Of a stretch of 64,000 bases of DNA, positions 31,579 to 40,949 are shown in pieces. Each line of letters begins with the position of its first letter. Position 1 is the first letter of the stretch. The stretch covers positions 672,001 through 736,000 of the forward strand of contig CAXXLV010000002.1 in NCBI GenBank assembly GCA_963664305.2, in the 5' to 3' direction. Under the pieces are notes generated by a model. It was not told the DNA's origin, made no database searches, and was given only the letters and a program-made list of their open reading frames with translations. The translations under genes were made by a program, and so were the position numbers. The stretch is from an uncultured Aliarcobacter sp. (GTDB taxonomy: Bacteria > Campylobacterota > Campylobacteria > Campylobacterales > Arcobacteraceae).

Positions 31579-31655
31579 ATTCGTCCTATGATTATTCAAG
31601 CTTAATTTTTAAAGCTTGAATAATACCATTTTATAAATTAATAGATAATTTTAAG

Positions 31656-32915
31656 TTATAACATAGAAGCCAATTTTTCTCTATATTTCACTAAATCAAA
31701 CTCTTTTACTCTTGCTACACCTGTTTCAACTGCACTATTTGCAACAGCAGATGAAACTTCAACCATCAATCTCTTATCAAATGGAATTGGAATGATATAC
31801 TCTCTTCCATATGATAAATCACCAAATGAAGCTTTTAACTCTTCTGTTATTGGCTCTTTAGCTAAATTTGCAATTGCCTTAGCTGCTGCCATTTTCATTG
31901 GCATATTTATTTTTCTTGCTTGAACATCAAGTGCACCTCTAAAAATAAAAGGGAACCCTAAAACATTGTTTACTTGGTTAGCATAATCTGAACGACCAGT
32001 TCCTACTATTGCTTTTGGTTTTACAGCAATTACTTCTTCTGGAAAAAGTTCAGGTGTTGGATTTGCTAAAGTAAATACAATTGGTTCTTCACTCATAAGT
32101 TTTATATGTTCAACAGTAAATGTTCCTGGTCTTGATAAACCTAAAACCATATCTGCATCTTGAAATGCCTCTTCCATTGTAGTTATATCAGTTTGTGTAA
32201 TAAAATCTTTTTTATATTTATTTAAATCAGTTCTTCCTTTGTGTATTACACCTTTTGAATCGCACATAATTAAATTTTTAACTCCAAGTTCTTTATACAT
32301 AGTTGAACATGCAATTGCTGAGGCCCCTGCTCCCACAACAACTATTTTCATATCTTCAACATTTCTTCCCATCATAGAAGCTGCATTCATAAGTGCAGCA
32401 CTTGTAATAATAGCAGTACCATGTTGGTCATCATGCATAACTGGAATATTTAACTCTTCAACTAATCTTCTTTCAATTTCAAAACATTCAGGTGCTTTTA
32501 TATCTTCTAAATTAATTCCCCCAAATGTTGGTGCAATAGCTTTAACAACGTCACAAAATTTATCAATATCAGTTTCATCAACTTCTATATCAAAAGAATC
32601 TACTGCAGCAAATTTTTTGAATAACACAGATTTACCTTCCATTACAGGTTTTGAAGCTAATGCTCCTATATCACCAAGTCCAAGAACTGCTGTTCCATTT
32701 GAAATAACTGCAACAAGATTTCTCTTTGATGTATATTCAAAAGCTAATTCTGGATTTTTTTGTATCTCTTCACAAGGATATGCAACACCTGGTGAATATG
32801 CTAGTGATAAATCTTTTTGAGTTTCTAATCTAGTTGTAGTTGATATTGCAACTTTCCCAGGATTTGGAACTCTATGATATTCTAATGCCTCTTCTTTTGT
32901 AACTTTCGTACTCAT
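31656..32915 (-). CDS. NAD(P)-dependent malic enzyme (no PTA fusion)
   Basis: LAYSPGVA, GTAVLGLG, INLEDI, HDDQHGTA and NQVNNVLGFP motifs. Confidence 0.93.
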   Translation of the reverse strand: MSTKVTKEEALEYHRVPNPGKVAISTTTRLETQKDLSLAYSPGVAYPCEEIQKNPELAFEYTSKRNLVAVISNGTAVLGLGDIGALASKPVMEGKSVLFKKFAAVDSFDIEVDETDIDKFCDVVKAIAPTFGGINLEDIKAPECFEIERRLVEELNIPVMHDDQHGTAIITSAALMNAASMMGRNVEDMKIVVVGAGASAIACSTMYKELGVKNLIMCDSKGVIHKGRTDLNKYKKDFITQTDITTMEEAFQDADMVLGLSRPGTFTVEHIKLMSEEPIVFTLANPTPELFPEEVIAVKPKAIVGTGRSDYANQVNNVLGFPFIFRGALDVQARKINMPMKMAAAKAIANLAKEPITEELKASFGDLSYGREYIIPIPFDKRLMVEVSSAVANSAVETGVARVKEFDLVKYREKLASML

Positions 32916-33053
32916 TTTGTTTCCCTTTTTATAAACTGATTCATTATTAAATCACAAAATAGTAACAAAATGAAACTTAAATAAGAAGATTTTTTATGAA
33001 TACAAATTCATTTAAGTTTATTTTAGAGAGTTATGTAAAAATTGTGTAAGTTT

Positions 33054-33731
33054 TTAGTTGTCATTTATACTTATTATTCCTGCAAATCTTCCTGTTTTTG
33101 GATTTTTTCGAAACGAAAAATATGGTTCATTTGAACACTTTGTACAAATATCTGAAATCTCTATATTTATTATTCCTAAATCTTCTAAAAGTTTTTTATT
33201 TATTCCTTGTAAATTTATATTTTTTCCTATACAAAACTCTTTTCCAAATGAAGTTTCTACTATTTTTAAAAGTTCATCATTTACTTCATAACAACATTTT
33301 TGAATAGATGGTCCCATTATCACTTTTATATCTTCTGGTTTACAAGAAAAATTTTCTATCATTTTTTTTGCTGTAATTTCTGCAATTCTTAAAAAAGTTG
33401 AATTTCTTCCGGCATGAACAGCTGCAATAACGTATTTTTTTTCATCATAAAATAAAATTGGAATACAATCAGCAACCATAACCATCAATGGAAGATTTTT
33501 TGTATTTGTGATTAAACCATCACAATTATCTATATATTTTGGTGAACTATCATCTACAATTTCTACATTATTTCCATGAACTTGATTCATATAAACTAAA
33601 TCTTCATTTTTAAACCCAAGCTTTAATGCTAGATTTTGTCTATTTTTATCCACATTTTCTTTTATATCACCAACATGATATGCTAAATTCCCATCATCTA
33701 TTGTTGTAAAGTTTATTAATACTTTGCTCAT
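33054..33731 (-). CDS. pgeF: PgeF/YfiH family protein
   Basis: QVHG, ADCIP, VHAGR, GPSIQKCCYEV and FSFR motifs. Confidence 0.9.
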   Translation of the reverse strand: MSKVLINFTTIDDGNLAYHVGDIKENVDKNRQNLALKLGFKNEDLVYMNQVHGNNVEIVDDSSPKYIDNCDGLITNTKNLPLMVMVADCIPILFYDEKKYVIAAVHAGRNSTFLRIAEITAKKMIENFSCKPEDIKVIMGPSIQKCCYEVNDELLKIVETSFGKEFCIGKNINLQGINKKLLEDLGIINIEISDICTKCSNEPYFSFRKNPKTGRFAGIISINDN

Positions 33732-33791
33732 TTTTTCTTCTTTTTATTTGCTTTTGATATAATTTATCAAAAATTTGATTAAGGATAAGAT

Positions 33792-34400
33792 TTGAACAGA
33801 TTTGATGAAGCTGCAAAAACTTGGGATAACAAACAAACAAGTATAGATAGTTCAAATGCTTGTGTTGAAAATTTAAAAAAACATATAAAACTAAAAGATG
33901 ATTCAAATATCTTAGATTATGGTTGTGGAACTGGATTTATCGCATTTGCTTTAAGTAATGATACAAATAATATTTTAGGGATGGATAATTCTGCTGGAAT
34001 GGTTGATAGATTTAATGAAAAGGTAAAAGAATTAAATTTTTCAAATTTAAAAGCTGTAAAACATAATATAAATGAAGAAGATTTACCTAAAAATGAGTTT
34101 GATTTATTTATTACTTCAATGACAATGCACCATATAAAAGATACTAAAATGTTTGCAAAAAAAGCTTATGAAAGCTTAAAAGATGGTGGAATTGTTTGCA
34201 TAAATGATTTAGAAAAAGAAGATGGTACATTTCACGCAAAACATAACAATGATGGTGTAGAACACTTTGGATATGAAAAAGAAGAAGTATCTAAAATCTT
34301 TGAAGAAATTGGTTTTAAAATCATCTCATGTGATACAGTTTTTATACATGAAAGAAATGATAAAGAGTACCCTCTTTTTAACTTAATCGCACAAAAATAA
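33792..34400 (+). CDS. Class I SAM-dependent methyltransferase
   Basis: LDYGCGTG motif I; MTMHHI. Confidence 0.9.
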   Translation: MNRFDEAAKTWDNKQTSIDSSNACVENLKKHIKLKDDSNILDYGCGTGFIAFALSNDTNNILGMDNSAGMVDRFNEKVKELNFSNLKAVKHNINEEDLPKNEFDLFITSMTMHHIKDTKMFAKKAYESLKDGGIVCINDLEKEDGTFHAKHNNDGVEHFGYEKEEVSKIFEEIGFKIISCDTVFIHERNDKEYPLFNLIAQK

Positions 34401-34408
34401 GGAAAATA

Positions 34409-35203
34409 ATGACAAAAAAATTTGTAATCTTTGGAAATCCAGTAGCTCACTCAAAATCTCCACAAATGCAAAATGCAGGATTAAAACATATAAATTTTGA
34501 TGGAGTTTATGAAAAACATCATTTAGAAGATGGAAGTACTATCAAAGAAGTATTTTTACAAAATGCCTATAGTGGTGCAAATATAACTGTACCTCACAAA
34601 GAGTTTGCATTTACAAACGCAGATGTTGTAAGAGGAATAGCAAAAGAGATTGAAGCTGTTAATACTTATGTTATCGAAGATGGAAAAGTTATAGCTTATA
34701 ACACTGATGCACCCGGATTTTTAAAAGCAATTGAGAGTTTTGGTGAAGTAAAAAATGTACTTTTATTAGGAGCAGGAGGAACTGCAAAAGCTATTAGTTT
34801 AGCTTTACAAGAAAAAGGTATAAAAGTAACTGTTTTAAATAGAAGTGAAGGGAAATTAGAGTTTTTTAAAAATCATCAAATTCCTTCTTTTTCTTGGGAA
34901 AATTTCAAACCTGAAACTTATGATTTAGTAGTTAATTCTACAAGTGCTGGACTAAAAGATGATTATTTACCTGCACCAAAAGAAATAATTGAACCTATAC
35001 TAAAAAATGCATCTTTTGCTTTTGATTGTGTTTATGGAAAAATCACACCATTTTTAGCTTTAGCAAAAGAAAATAGTTGTGAGATAAAAGATGGTGAAGA
35101 TATGCTTTTATACCAAGGTGTCTTAGCATTTGAATATTTCACTAATACAAAAGCTGATAATACATTAATTGAAGCAATGAGAAAAGGATTAAAAGGAGAA
35201 TAA
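34409..35203 (+). CDS. aroE: Shikimate dehydrogenase
   Basis: GNPVAHSKSP, NITVPHK, NTD, GAGGTA and MLLYQG motifs. Confidence 0.95.
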   Translation: MTKKFVIFGNPVAHSKSPQMQNAGLKHINFDGVYEKHHLEDGSTIKEVFLQNAYSGANITVPHKEFAFTNADVVRGIAKEIEAVNTYVIEDGKVIAYNTDAPGFLKAIESFGEVKNVLLLGAGGTAKAISLALQEKGIKVTVLNRSEGKLEFFKNHQIPSFSWENFKPETYDLVVNSTSAGLKDDYLPAPKEIIEPILKNASFAFDCVYGKITPFLALAKENSCEIKDGEDMLLYQGVLAFEYFTNTKADNTLIEAMRKGLKGE

Positions 35204-35214
35204 TTATTCTTCTT

Positions 35215-36009
35215 TTAATTGATTGTTATATAACCTTCTAAATATTTAACTGCTTTACCTAAAATTTTTACTTGTTCTTTTTCTACTTTACATTTTAAAA
35301 TACCACCACGAGTTGATGCTTGATATGCAATTAATTCATTTTTATTTAATCTTTCTGCCCATAAAGGTGCAGCTCCCGCATGCATAGAACCAGTTACAGG
35401 GTCTTCAACACCACCATTTGCAGGCCAAAAATATCTTGAAATAAAATCATATTTATTTGATTTAGAAGTTACAGTTACATCTAAAGGTCCTAATTTTTTT
35501 ATTTCATCTAAATTTACTTGTACATTATAAACATCTTCTTCGTTTTCATAAACTACAAAATATGTTTGTTGATTTACTAAAATATCATTAGATTTAATAG
35601 ATAAACCTTTTATTAGTTCTTCTGGAATATTATCAACCTTTTTAGGTTTTCTATTTGGAAATATCATTTCTATATTACTATCAGACAATTGACTAACTTT
35701 TAAACTTCCAACTGCATTTGCTAAAAAAGTAACTTCTTTTAAGAAATTATTTTCTTCAAATAAAACAAAAGCTGTTGCAAGAGTGGCATGTCCACAAAAA
35801 TCTATTTCAGTAATTGGAGAAAACCATCTTATTTCGTAAGTAAAATCATCACATTTTTTAGCAAATGCTGTTTCAGATAAATTATTTTCAATTGCTATTG
35901 ATTGCATTATATCTTCTGTTAACCATTCATCAAGAATTATAACTGCAGCAGGATTTCCTTTAAATTGTATTTCAGTAAATGCATCTATTTGATATATTTT
36001 TAATTGCAT
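35215..36009 (-). CDS. PhzF-family isomerase
   Basis: DAF...GNPAAV, NLSETAF, FCGHATLA and EDPVTGS motifs. Confidence 0.93.
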   Translation of the reverse strand: MQLKIYQIDAFTEIQFKGNPAAVIILDEWLTEDIMQSIAIENNLSETAFAKKCDDFTYEIRWFSPITEIDFCGHATLATAFVLFEENNFLKEVTFLANAVGSLKVSQLSDSNIEMIFPNRKPKKVDNIPEELIKGLSIKSNDILVNQQTYFVVYENEEDVYNVQVNLDEIKKLGPLDVTVTSKSNKYDFISRYFWPANGGVEDPVTGSMHAGAAPLWAERLNKNELIAYQASTRGGILKCKVEKEQVKILGKAVKYLEGYITIN

Positions 36010-36296
36010 ATTTTTCCTTGATAATTATAAAAAAGTAAAATTAGGATATAAAAAAGATTCTAAAATATGAATAAATAATCATTTTTTTTTAATTTTGTAT
36101 TTAAAAATCATTAAATTTAAACTATAATTAGATTGCAACAAACATAAAAATAGAAGTTCAAAATGAAAAAGATAACAAAGCTTTGTGGTACAAAGAAAAA
36201 TTATATCATCTTACCATTAGATGAAAAAATAAATTCAAATCAAATTTACTTTTGTAATAAATGTAAAAGGGAAACAAAAGAAAAAATTCTTTTATG

Positions 36297-36743
36297 TTAC
36301 CCAGAAATTAAAGAAGAAAAAGATTCAAATTCATAATTAAATTCTTCTTCAAAAATTTCATTCATACAAAATGTATATTTATATAAAGCATAAAACCAAG
36401 GTATAAATAAAATACCAAAGTATAAATAATCGCTATTTGAACTAAAAAAATAGTTTAGTTCAAAAAACAAATATCCTAAAGAATCAACCATTATTATTAA
36501 AAATAAAAAGACCCAAATATATTTAGAAAAATATCGTTTTTTATAAATATATCCTTTAATACTCAATATAGATATAAATGCTACAACTAAAAAGAAAAGA
36601 TCATAAATTCGTGAAAAAATATTTCCAAAAAAAAGTTTTTGCTCATTAACAAGTAAAAATCCTAATAAACATAATGAAGAAAATACTACAAACCAAAAAT
36701 AAATTTTCCAAAAAACAACTATTTTATTCATCAACTTTTCCAT
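36297..36743 (-). CDS. Hypothetical ~4-TM membrane protein
   Basis: Hydrophobic ORF with AGGA RBS, preceded by the GTGAC box promoter. Confidence 0.6.
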   Translation of the reverse strand: MEKLMNKIVVFWKIYFWFVVFSSLCLLGFLLVNEQKLFFGNIFSRIYDLFFLVVAFISILSIKGYIYKKRYFSKYIWVFLFLIIMVDSLGYLFFELNYFFSSNSDYLYFGILFIPWFYALYKYTFCMNEIFEEEFNYEFESFSSLISG

Positions 36744-36763
36744 TCCTAATACTTAATTAAAAA

Positions 36764-36797
36764 ATTCTATCTAAAGCGCGTCACATATTCCGTCACA
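36764..36797 (-). promoter_or_regulatory. GTGAC tandem box plus -10 (site 3)
   Basis: Minus strand TGTGACG-gaata-TGTGACG, 9 nt, TAGAAT. Confidence 0.75.
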
Positions 36798-36806
36798 TTT
36801 TTTAAA

Positions 36807-37487
36807 TCAACAAATTCTACATCCAACATAAGGAATAGTTTCTATAAATTTATATTCTAATTTTGTTCTTAGTCTATAAATCAATGTTCTTAAAGTACTA
36901 TCTGAAATAATACTAGAGCCCCAAATTAAGCTTTCTAAATTATTAAAAGAGATAATTTGACCTTTTGATTCTAAAAGTATTTTTAAAAGTAATACTTCTT
37001 TTGAACCAAGATTTATTGGTAAAGATTTATAGTAAAGTTTATTTTCATCATTATTAAAATAATAATCTTCTCCAATATGAAGGAGATTATTATCATTAAA
37101 ATCTTCTTCAATATCTCTATTTTTATAAAGACCTAACATAATATTTGACTTTAATTCATCTCTTTTAAAAGGTTTTATCAAATAACTCACTGGTTTTGTT
37201 TGAATAGCTCTATTTATTGTCTCTTCATCAGAAAATGCAGTAAGAAAAATAATAGGAATATCATCAAAACTTTTTATTTTTTTTGCTGTTTCAATTCCAT
37301 CTTTACTTTTACCTAGATTTACATCCATTAAAATTAAATCAGGTTTATTCATCAATACACTATTAACTGCTCCTTGATAATCAAAAGCTGTATTAGTTAT
37401 CTCATAATCAAGTTTTTCTAATGTTCTTTTAATATCAAGAGCAACGATACTCTCATCTTCTACAATAAGTATTTTAGTTTTCTTCAT
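36807..37487 (-). CDS. Response regulator (REC + winged helix), paralog 2
   Basis: VEDE, LMDVN, FLTA and KPF motifs; ISDSTLRTLIYRLRTKL recognition helix. Confidence 0.9.
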   Translation of the reverse strand: MKKTKILIVEDESIVALDIKRTLEKLDYEITNTAFDYQGAVNSVLMNKPDLILMDVNLGKSKDGIETAKKIKSFDDIPIIFLTAFSDEETINRAIQTKPVSYLIKPFKRDELKSNIMLGLYKNRDIEEDFNDNNLLHIGEDYYFNNDENKLYYKSLPINLGSKEVLLLKILLESKGQIISFNNLESLIWGSSIISDSTLRTLIYRLRTKLEYKFIETIPYVGCRIC

Positions 37488-37512
37488 AATTCCTACTTTT
37501 CATATTTAAAAA

Positions 37513-37546
37513 ATATTATCATTTTCATGTCACGATTCACGTCACA
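37513..37546 (-). promoter_or_regulatory. GTGAC tandem box plus -10 (site 2)
   Basis: Minus strand TGTGACG-tgaat-CGTGACA, 9 nt, TAATAT (TGn-extended). Confidence 0.75.
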
Positions 37547-37549
37547 AAA

Positions 37550-38311
37550 TTATTCTTCTAAAAAAACTTTTTTAAAAAAATTTGATGCATTTGAAGGGTC
37601 ATAAGAAATTATTAGACAAGGTGTTTCTAAACTTCCATAAGATTCTAATTCTTTATATATTTCAACCCCACCTAGTTTTTTAAATAATTTCAAATGTTCT
37701 TGTCTTATTCCAGAAAGTGCAATATCAATATCATTATTCATAAATACGTTATATATCCCACACATTAAGTATTTAAACTCAAGATTTAGACCTTGACCTC
37801 TATTTTTTACAATATTTCTTGAGATTTCACCTATACAATTGTATTTATTTCTCATATCATCAAATGTAAATTTATTTTCAGAAGGAAGTTTGTTTTCTGA
37901 ATCAAAAATCAATCTTATTGTGGCTGACACTTCTTTATTATTTTTGTAATAAATAACTGCAGATGTTTTATCATAAATATCAAAATTTAATCCCTCTATC
38001 GTATCTGGAAATTCATCTTGATAATTAATTTCTGTAAAAACATCACTTCTTAGTTTAAAAACCTCTATTAACTCTTCTGCACTTTTTACTAAAGATAAAT
38101 TTTTATATTTATCTTCCCAAGATAATTTTCTATTAAAAGAAATTGTATCTTCTAAAATACTTTCTAAAAAAATCCTTTTTTGAAATATTTCTAAAGCATG
38201 TTTTTGTAATGAGATAAAAGAGTCAGGAAGATAAGCTTGTTTTGTTGAAATATCACTTTTGATAATTTCTTGAAGTTGATTTAGGGAAATGTTTTTATTT
38301 ATGTAAGCCAT
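37550..38311 (-). CDS. GNAT acyl-synthase of the LuxI/FeeM (N-acyl amino acid synthase) type
   Basis: EELIEVFKLRSDVF, FDIYD, TIRLIFDS..LP and IGEISR match the R..F / D..D / RL / E.SR pattern of these enzymes. Confidence 0.7.
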   Translation of the reverse strand: MAYINKNISLNQLQEIIKSDISTKQAYLPDSFISLQKHALEIFQKRIFLESILEDTISFNRKLSWEDKYKNLSLVKSAEELIEVFKLRSDVFTEINYQDEFPDTIEGLNFDIYDKTSAVIYYKNNKEVSATIRLIFDSENKLPSENKFTFDDMRNKYNCIGEISRNIVKNRGQGLNLEFKYLMCGIYNVFMNNDIDIALSGIRQEHLKLFKKLGGVEIYKELESYGSLETPCLIISYDPSNASNFFKKVFLEE

Positions 38312-38335
38312 TTGTTTGTCCTTTTTTTAGGACAA

Positions 38336-38369
38336 ACTTTATTAGAGAAACGTCACAGTTAGCGTCACA
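38336..38369 (-). promoter_or_regulatory. GTGAC tandem box plus -10 (site 1)
   Basis: Minus strand TGTGACG-ctaac-TGTGACG, 9 nt, TAAAGT. Confidence 0.75.
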
Positions 38370-38380
38370 AAATGGGCTTT

Positions 38381-39073
38381 CTATGGACTTTTTGAGATTT
38401 TACATCCAATGCTTGAAATGGTTTCAATTATCTTATAATTTAGTTTTGTTCTTAGTCTATAAATTAAAGTTCGTAATGTACTATCACTAATTGGTGCATC
38501 TGGCCAGAGTATATATTCTAAATATTTAAAAGAGACTATATTACCTTTTGCCTCAACCAAAATAGTAAGCAATTTTTTCTCTTTTAGACTTAATTTTATA
38601 GGTTCAGATTTAAAAAAAAGAATTTCATTTTCTAAATCATAAAAATAATCAAAACCTAGTTTTTCATAAGAATTGTTATTATCAAAAGTTTGTGTTTTTA
38701 ATTTGTAAATACTTAATAGTAGTGTTGATTTAATATCTTCTTTTTTAAAAGGCTTTAAAATATAACCCAAAGGATTTGTTCTAATTGCTCGCTGAATAGT
38801 TTCTTCATCACTATATGCTGTTAGATAAACTACCGGTATAAACTTTTCTTTTTGTATCTCTTCAATAATATTTATTCCATCTTTTTCTTTTCCAAGGTTT
38901 ATATCTGAAAAAATAAGTTGAGGGGAATTATTTTTTACACTTTTTATTGCATCTTCAAAACTTGATACAATATCTACTACATCATGACCTAAATTATTAA
39001 TAATTCTTTTTATATCCAAAGCAACTATTGCTTCATCTTCAATTATTAAAATTTTTACATTATTCATCTTCAT
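38381..39073 (-). CDS. Response regulator (REC + winged helix), paralog 1
   Basis: IEDE, FSDIN, YLTA and KPF motifs; same ISDSTLRTLIYRLRTKL helix; overlaps the kinase stop. Confidence 0.9.
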   Translation of the reverse strand: MKMNNVKILIIEDEAIVALDIKRIINNLGHDVVDIVSSFEDAIKSVKNNSPQLIFSDINLGKEKDGINIIEEIQKEKFIPVVYLTAYSDEETIQRAIRTNPLGYILKPFKKEDIKSTLLLSIYKLKTQTFDNNNSYEKLGFDYFYDLENEILFFKSEPIKLSLKEKKLLTILVEAKGNIVSFKYLEYILWPDAPISDSTLRTLIYRLRTKLNYKIIETISSIGCKISKSP

Positions 39074-40901
39074 TCCACAAAATAGTCGTTGTTACACCAT
39101 TTTTAGAATTTATATCTATTTCACCTTTTAATTGACTAACTGCTAGAGTTTTTACCAAAGTAAAACCTAATGAAAAATTAACTTTTGATTCATCAAATCC
39201 TATTCCATCGTCTTTAATTGTTAATTTAATGTTTTCATTCTCTTTTTCTAAAGTTATAAAAATATTTCCTTTTTTATCTGGAAATGCATATTTAAATGAA
39301 TTTGTAATAAGTTCATTTATTATAAGTCCACAATAAATTGATTGTTCCATTTTTAGTTTTGTTTTTATATCCAAATGAATCTCTATAAAACTATCATAAC
39401 TTTCTCTTACTTCATCGATTAAAACTTCAAAATATTCATAAACATCAATATAATTTATATCATCTTGTTTATATAAAAGTTCGTGTAAATGACCCATTGC
39501 ACTAATTCGATTTTGAATAGTTAATAAAATATCTTTTAATTTTTCATTTTCTATTTCATCACTTTGAAGTCTAATCAAAGATACAATTGTTTGCATATTA
39601 TTTTTAACTCTATGATTTAACTCTTTTAGTAATAGTTCTTTTTCATCAAGTGCATTTTTTAAATCTTTTGTTCTTAAATTAACTTCATTTGATAGTCTTT
39701 TAGTTTCATTCTCTTTTTGAATAATCAATTTTTGATTAGCTTCATTTTTTTCTTTTTGAAGATTTGTTATTTTATTTGCTAAAGCTATTGAGAAAATTAT
39801 TGCTTCAATTACAAAAGATGCTTCAATTAAATAAGGAAAATATTTTTTTATATCAAATATTCCAGCACTTGATAAATACATCAAAAATCCAGAAGATAGG
39901 AAAATAATCCAAGCAAACAAAATAAAATATGCTTGTTTATTCTTTTTTAGAGTTGCATAAAGTGTAATTATCATTAAAAAAATCAAAAATAACATTGTAA
40001 AAGTATTTCTATATTTATCGTAATCATCAGTTACTAAAAAGAATATTATTGAAATTGGAATGAGAATTAAAAAACCATTTAAAACCATATTAAATTTTTT
40101 ATACTGTTTTGTTTGTAAAAAACTTTTTGTAAATAATCCTAAAGCATAAACAGGAATAGCAACTATAACAGAAGCAAAACTAACTATAGTAATTTTTTGT
40201 TCATAATTTAAAAAATAAACATTTGCAACACCTGTATACATCAAATGATGAATAATTAAACCTAGTATGTATATTACATAATATAAATAACTAATATCTC
40301 TTGTAAATAAGTAGATAAAAAAGTTATAAATCCCTAGAATAAACATTGCTCCAAAAAACAGAGAAAGAATTATTTGATGTTTTATCTCTTTTTTATAAAA
40401 ACTTTCTTCATCAAGAAGTTTTAAATCAATTATTAAAGTTGTTATAAATGATGATGCTTTTATAAAATAAGTATTTTCTTCATTTGGATTTAATTCAATA
40501 ACTAAAATTGGATTTATTACATAGTTATTAATATCTTCTGATAAAAGACCATCTTTTTGAGTGTAATTTTTATTTAAATCATAAAAATCTACATTTGTTG
40601 TAAGGGGATTGTTGTATTCAATTATTTTTTTTATGGCTTTGTTGGAATTATTCTTTAATTTAAATCTAATCCAAACATGAAAATTTGGAGAATAACCATA
40701 AGATAAAATATTTTTATCATTTTTTTCAAATTTTATATTTTGATTTTCTATATCTTTCAAAGTAAGATTTTTATTTTTATCTATATAAATTTCACTTTGA
40801 GAAAGGATATCTATTGTATTTGTATCTTCATTTATATTTATAACATTTGCAAAAATATTTGAAGACAAAAGCAATAAAAAGATTATTTTTAAATAGAACA
40901 T
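39060..40901 (-). CDS. 7TM-DISM sensor histidine kinase (HisKA_2 type)
   Basis: Signal peptide, DISMED2-like domain (GYS..HVWIRF), ~7 TMs, ELNHRVKNNMQ, NELITNSFKYAF, DDGIG. Confidence 0.9.
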   Translation of the reverse strand: MFYLKIIFLLLLSSNIFANVININEDTNTIDILSQSEIYIDKNKNLTLKDIENQNIKFEKNDKNILSYGYSPNFHVWIRFKLKNNSNKAIKKIIEYNNPLTTNVDFYDLNKNYTQKDGLLSEDINNYVINPILVIELNPNEENTYFIKASSFITTLIIDLKLLDEESFYKKEIKHQIILSLFFGAMFILGIYNFFIYLFTRDISYLYYVIYILGLIIHHLMYTGVANVYFLNYEQKITIVSFASVIVAIPVYALGLFTKSFLQTKQYKKFNMVLNGFLILIPISIIFFLVTDDYDKYRNTFTMLFLIFLMIITLYATLKKNKQAYFILFAWIIFLSSGFLMYLSSAGIFDIKKYFPYLIEASFVIEAIIFSIALANKITNLQKEKNEANQKLIIQKENETKRLSNEVNLRTKDLKNALDEKELLLKELNHRVKNNMQTIVSLIRLQSDEIENEKLKDILLTIQNRISAMGHLHELLYKQDDINYIDVYEYFEVLIDEVRESYDSFIEIHLDIKTKLKMEQSIYCGLIINELITNSFKYAFPDKKGNIFITLEKENENIKLTIKDDGIGFDESKVNFSLGFTLVKTLAVSQLKGEIDINSKNGVTTTILWNEDE

Positions 40902-40949
40902 ATTAAATCCAGAATTTTAATCAGTTATTATACAAAATAACTACTCAAA

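Noticed and set aside
36010..36335. Possible decayed membrane-protein gene downstream of 36297..36743
   Set aside because: Only short hydrophobic fragments between stops; indistinguishable from T-rich intergenic DNA without a homology search
36779..38369. CGTCACA repeats as a CRISPR or mobile repeat
   Set aside because: They are heptamer pairs at promoter positions separated by whole genes, not a repeat-spacer array
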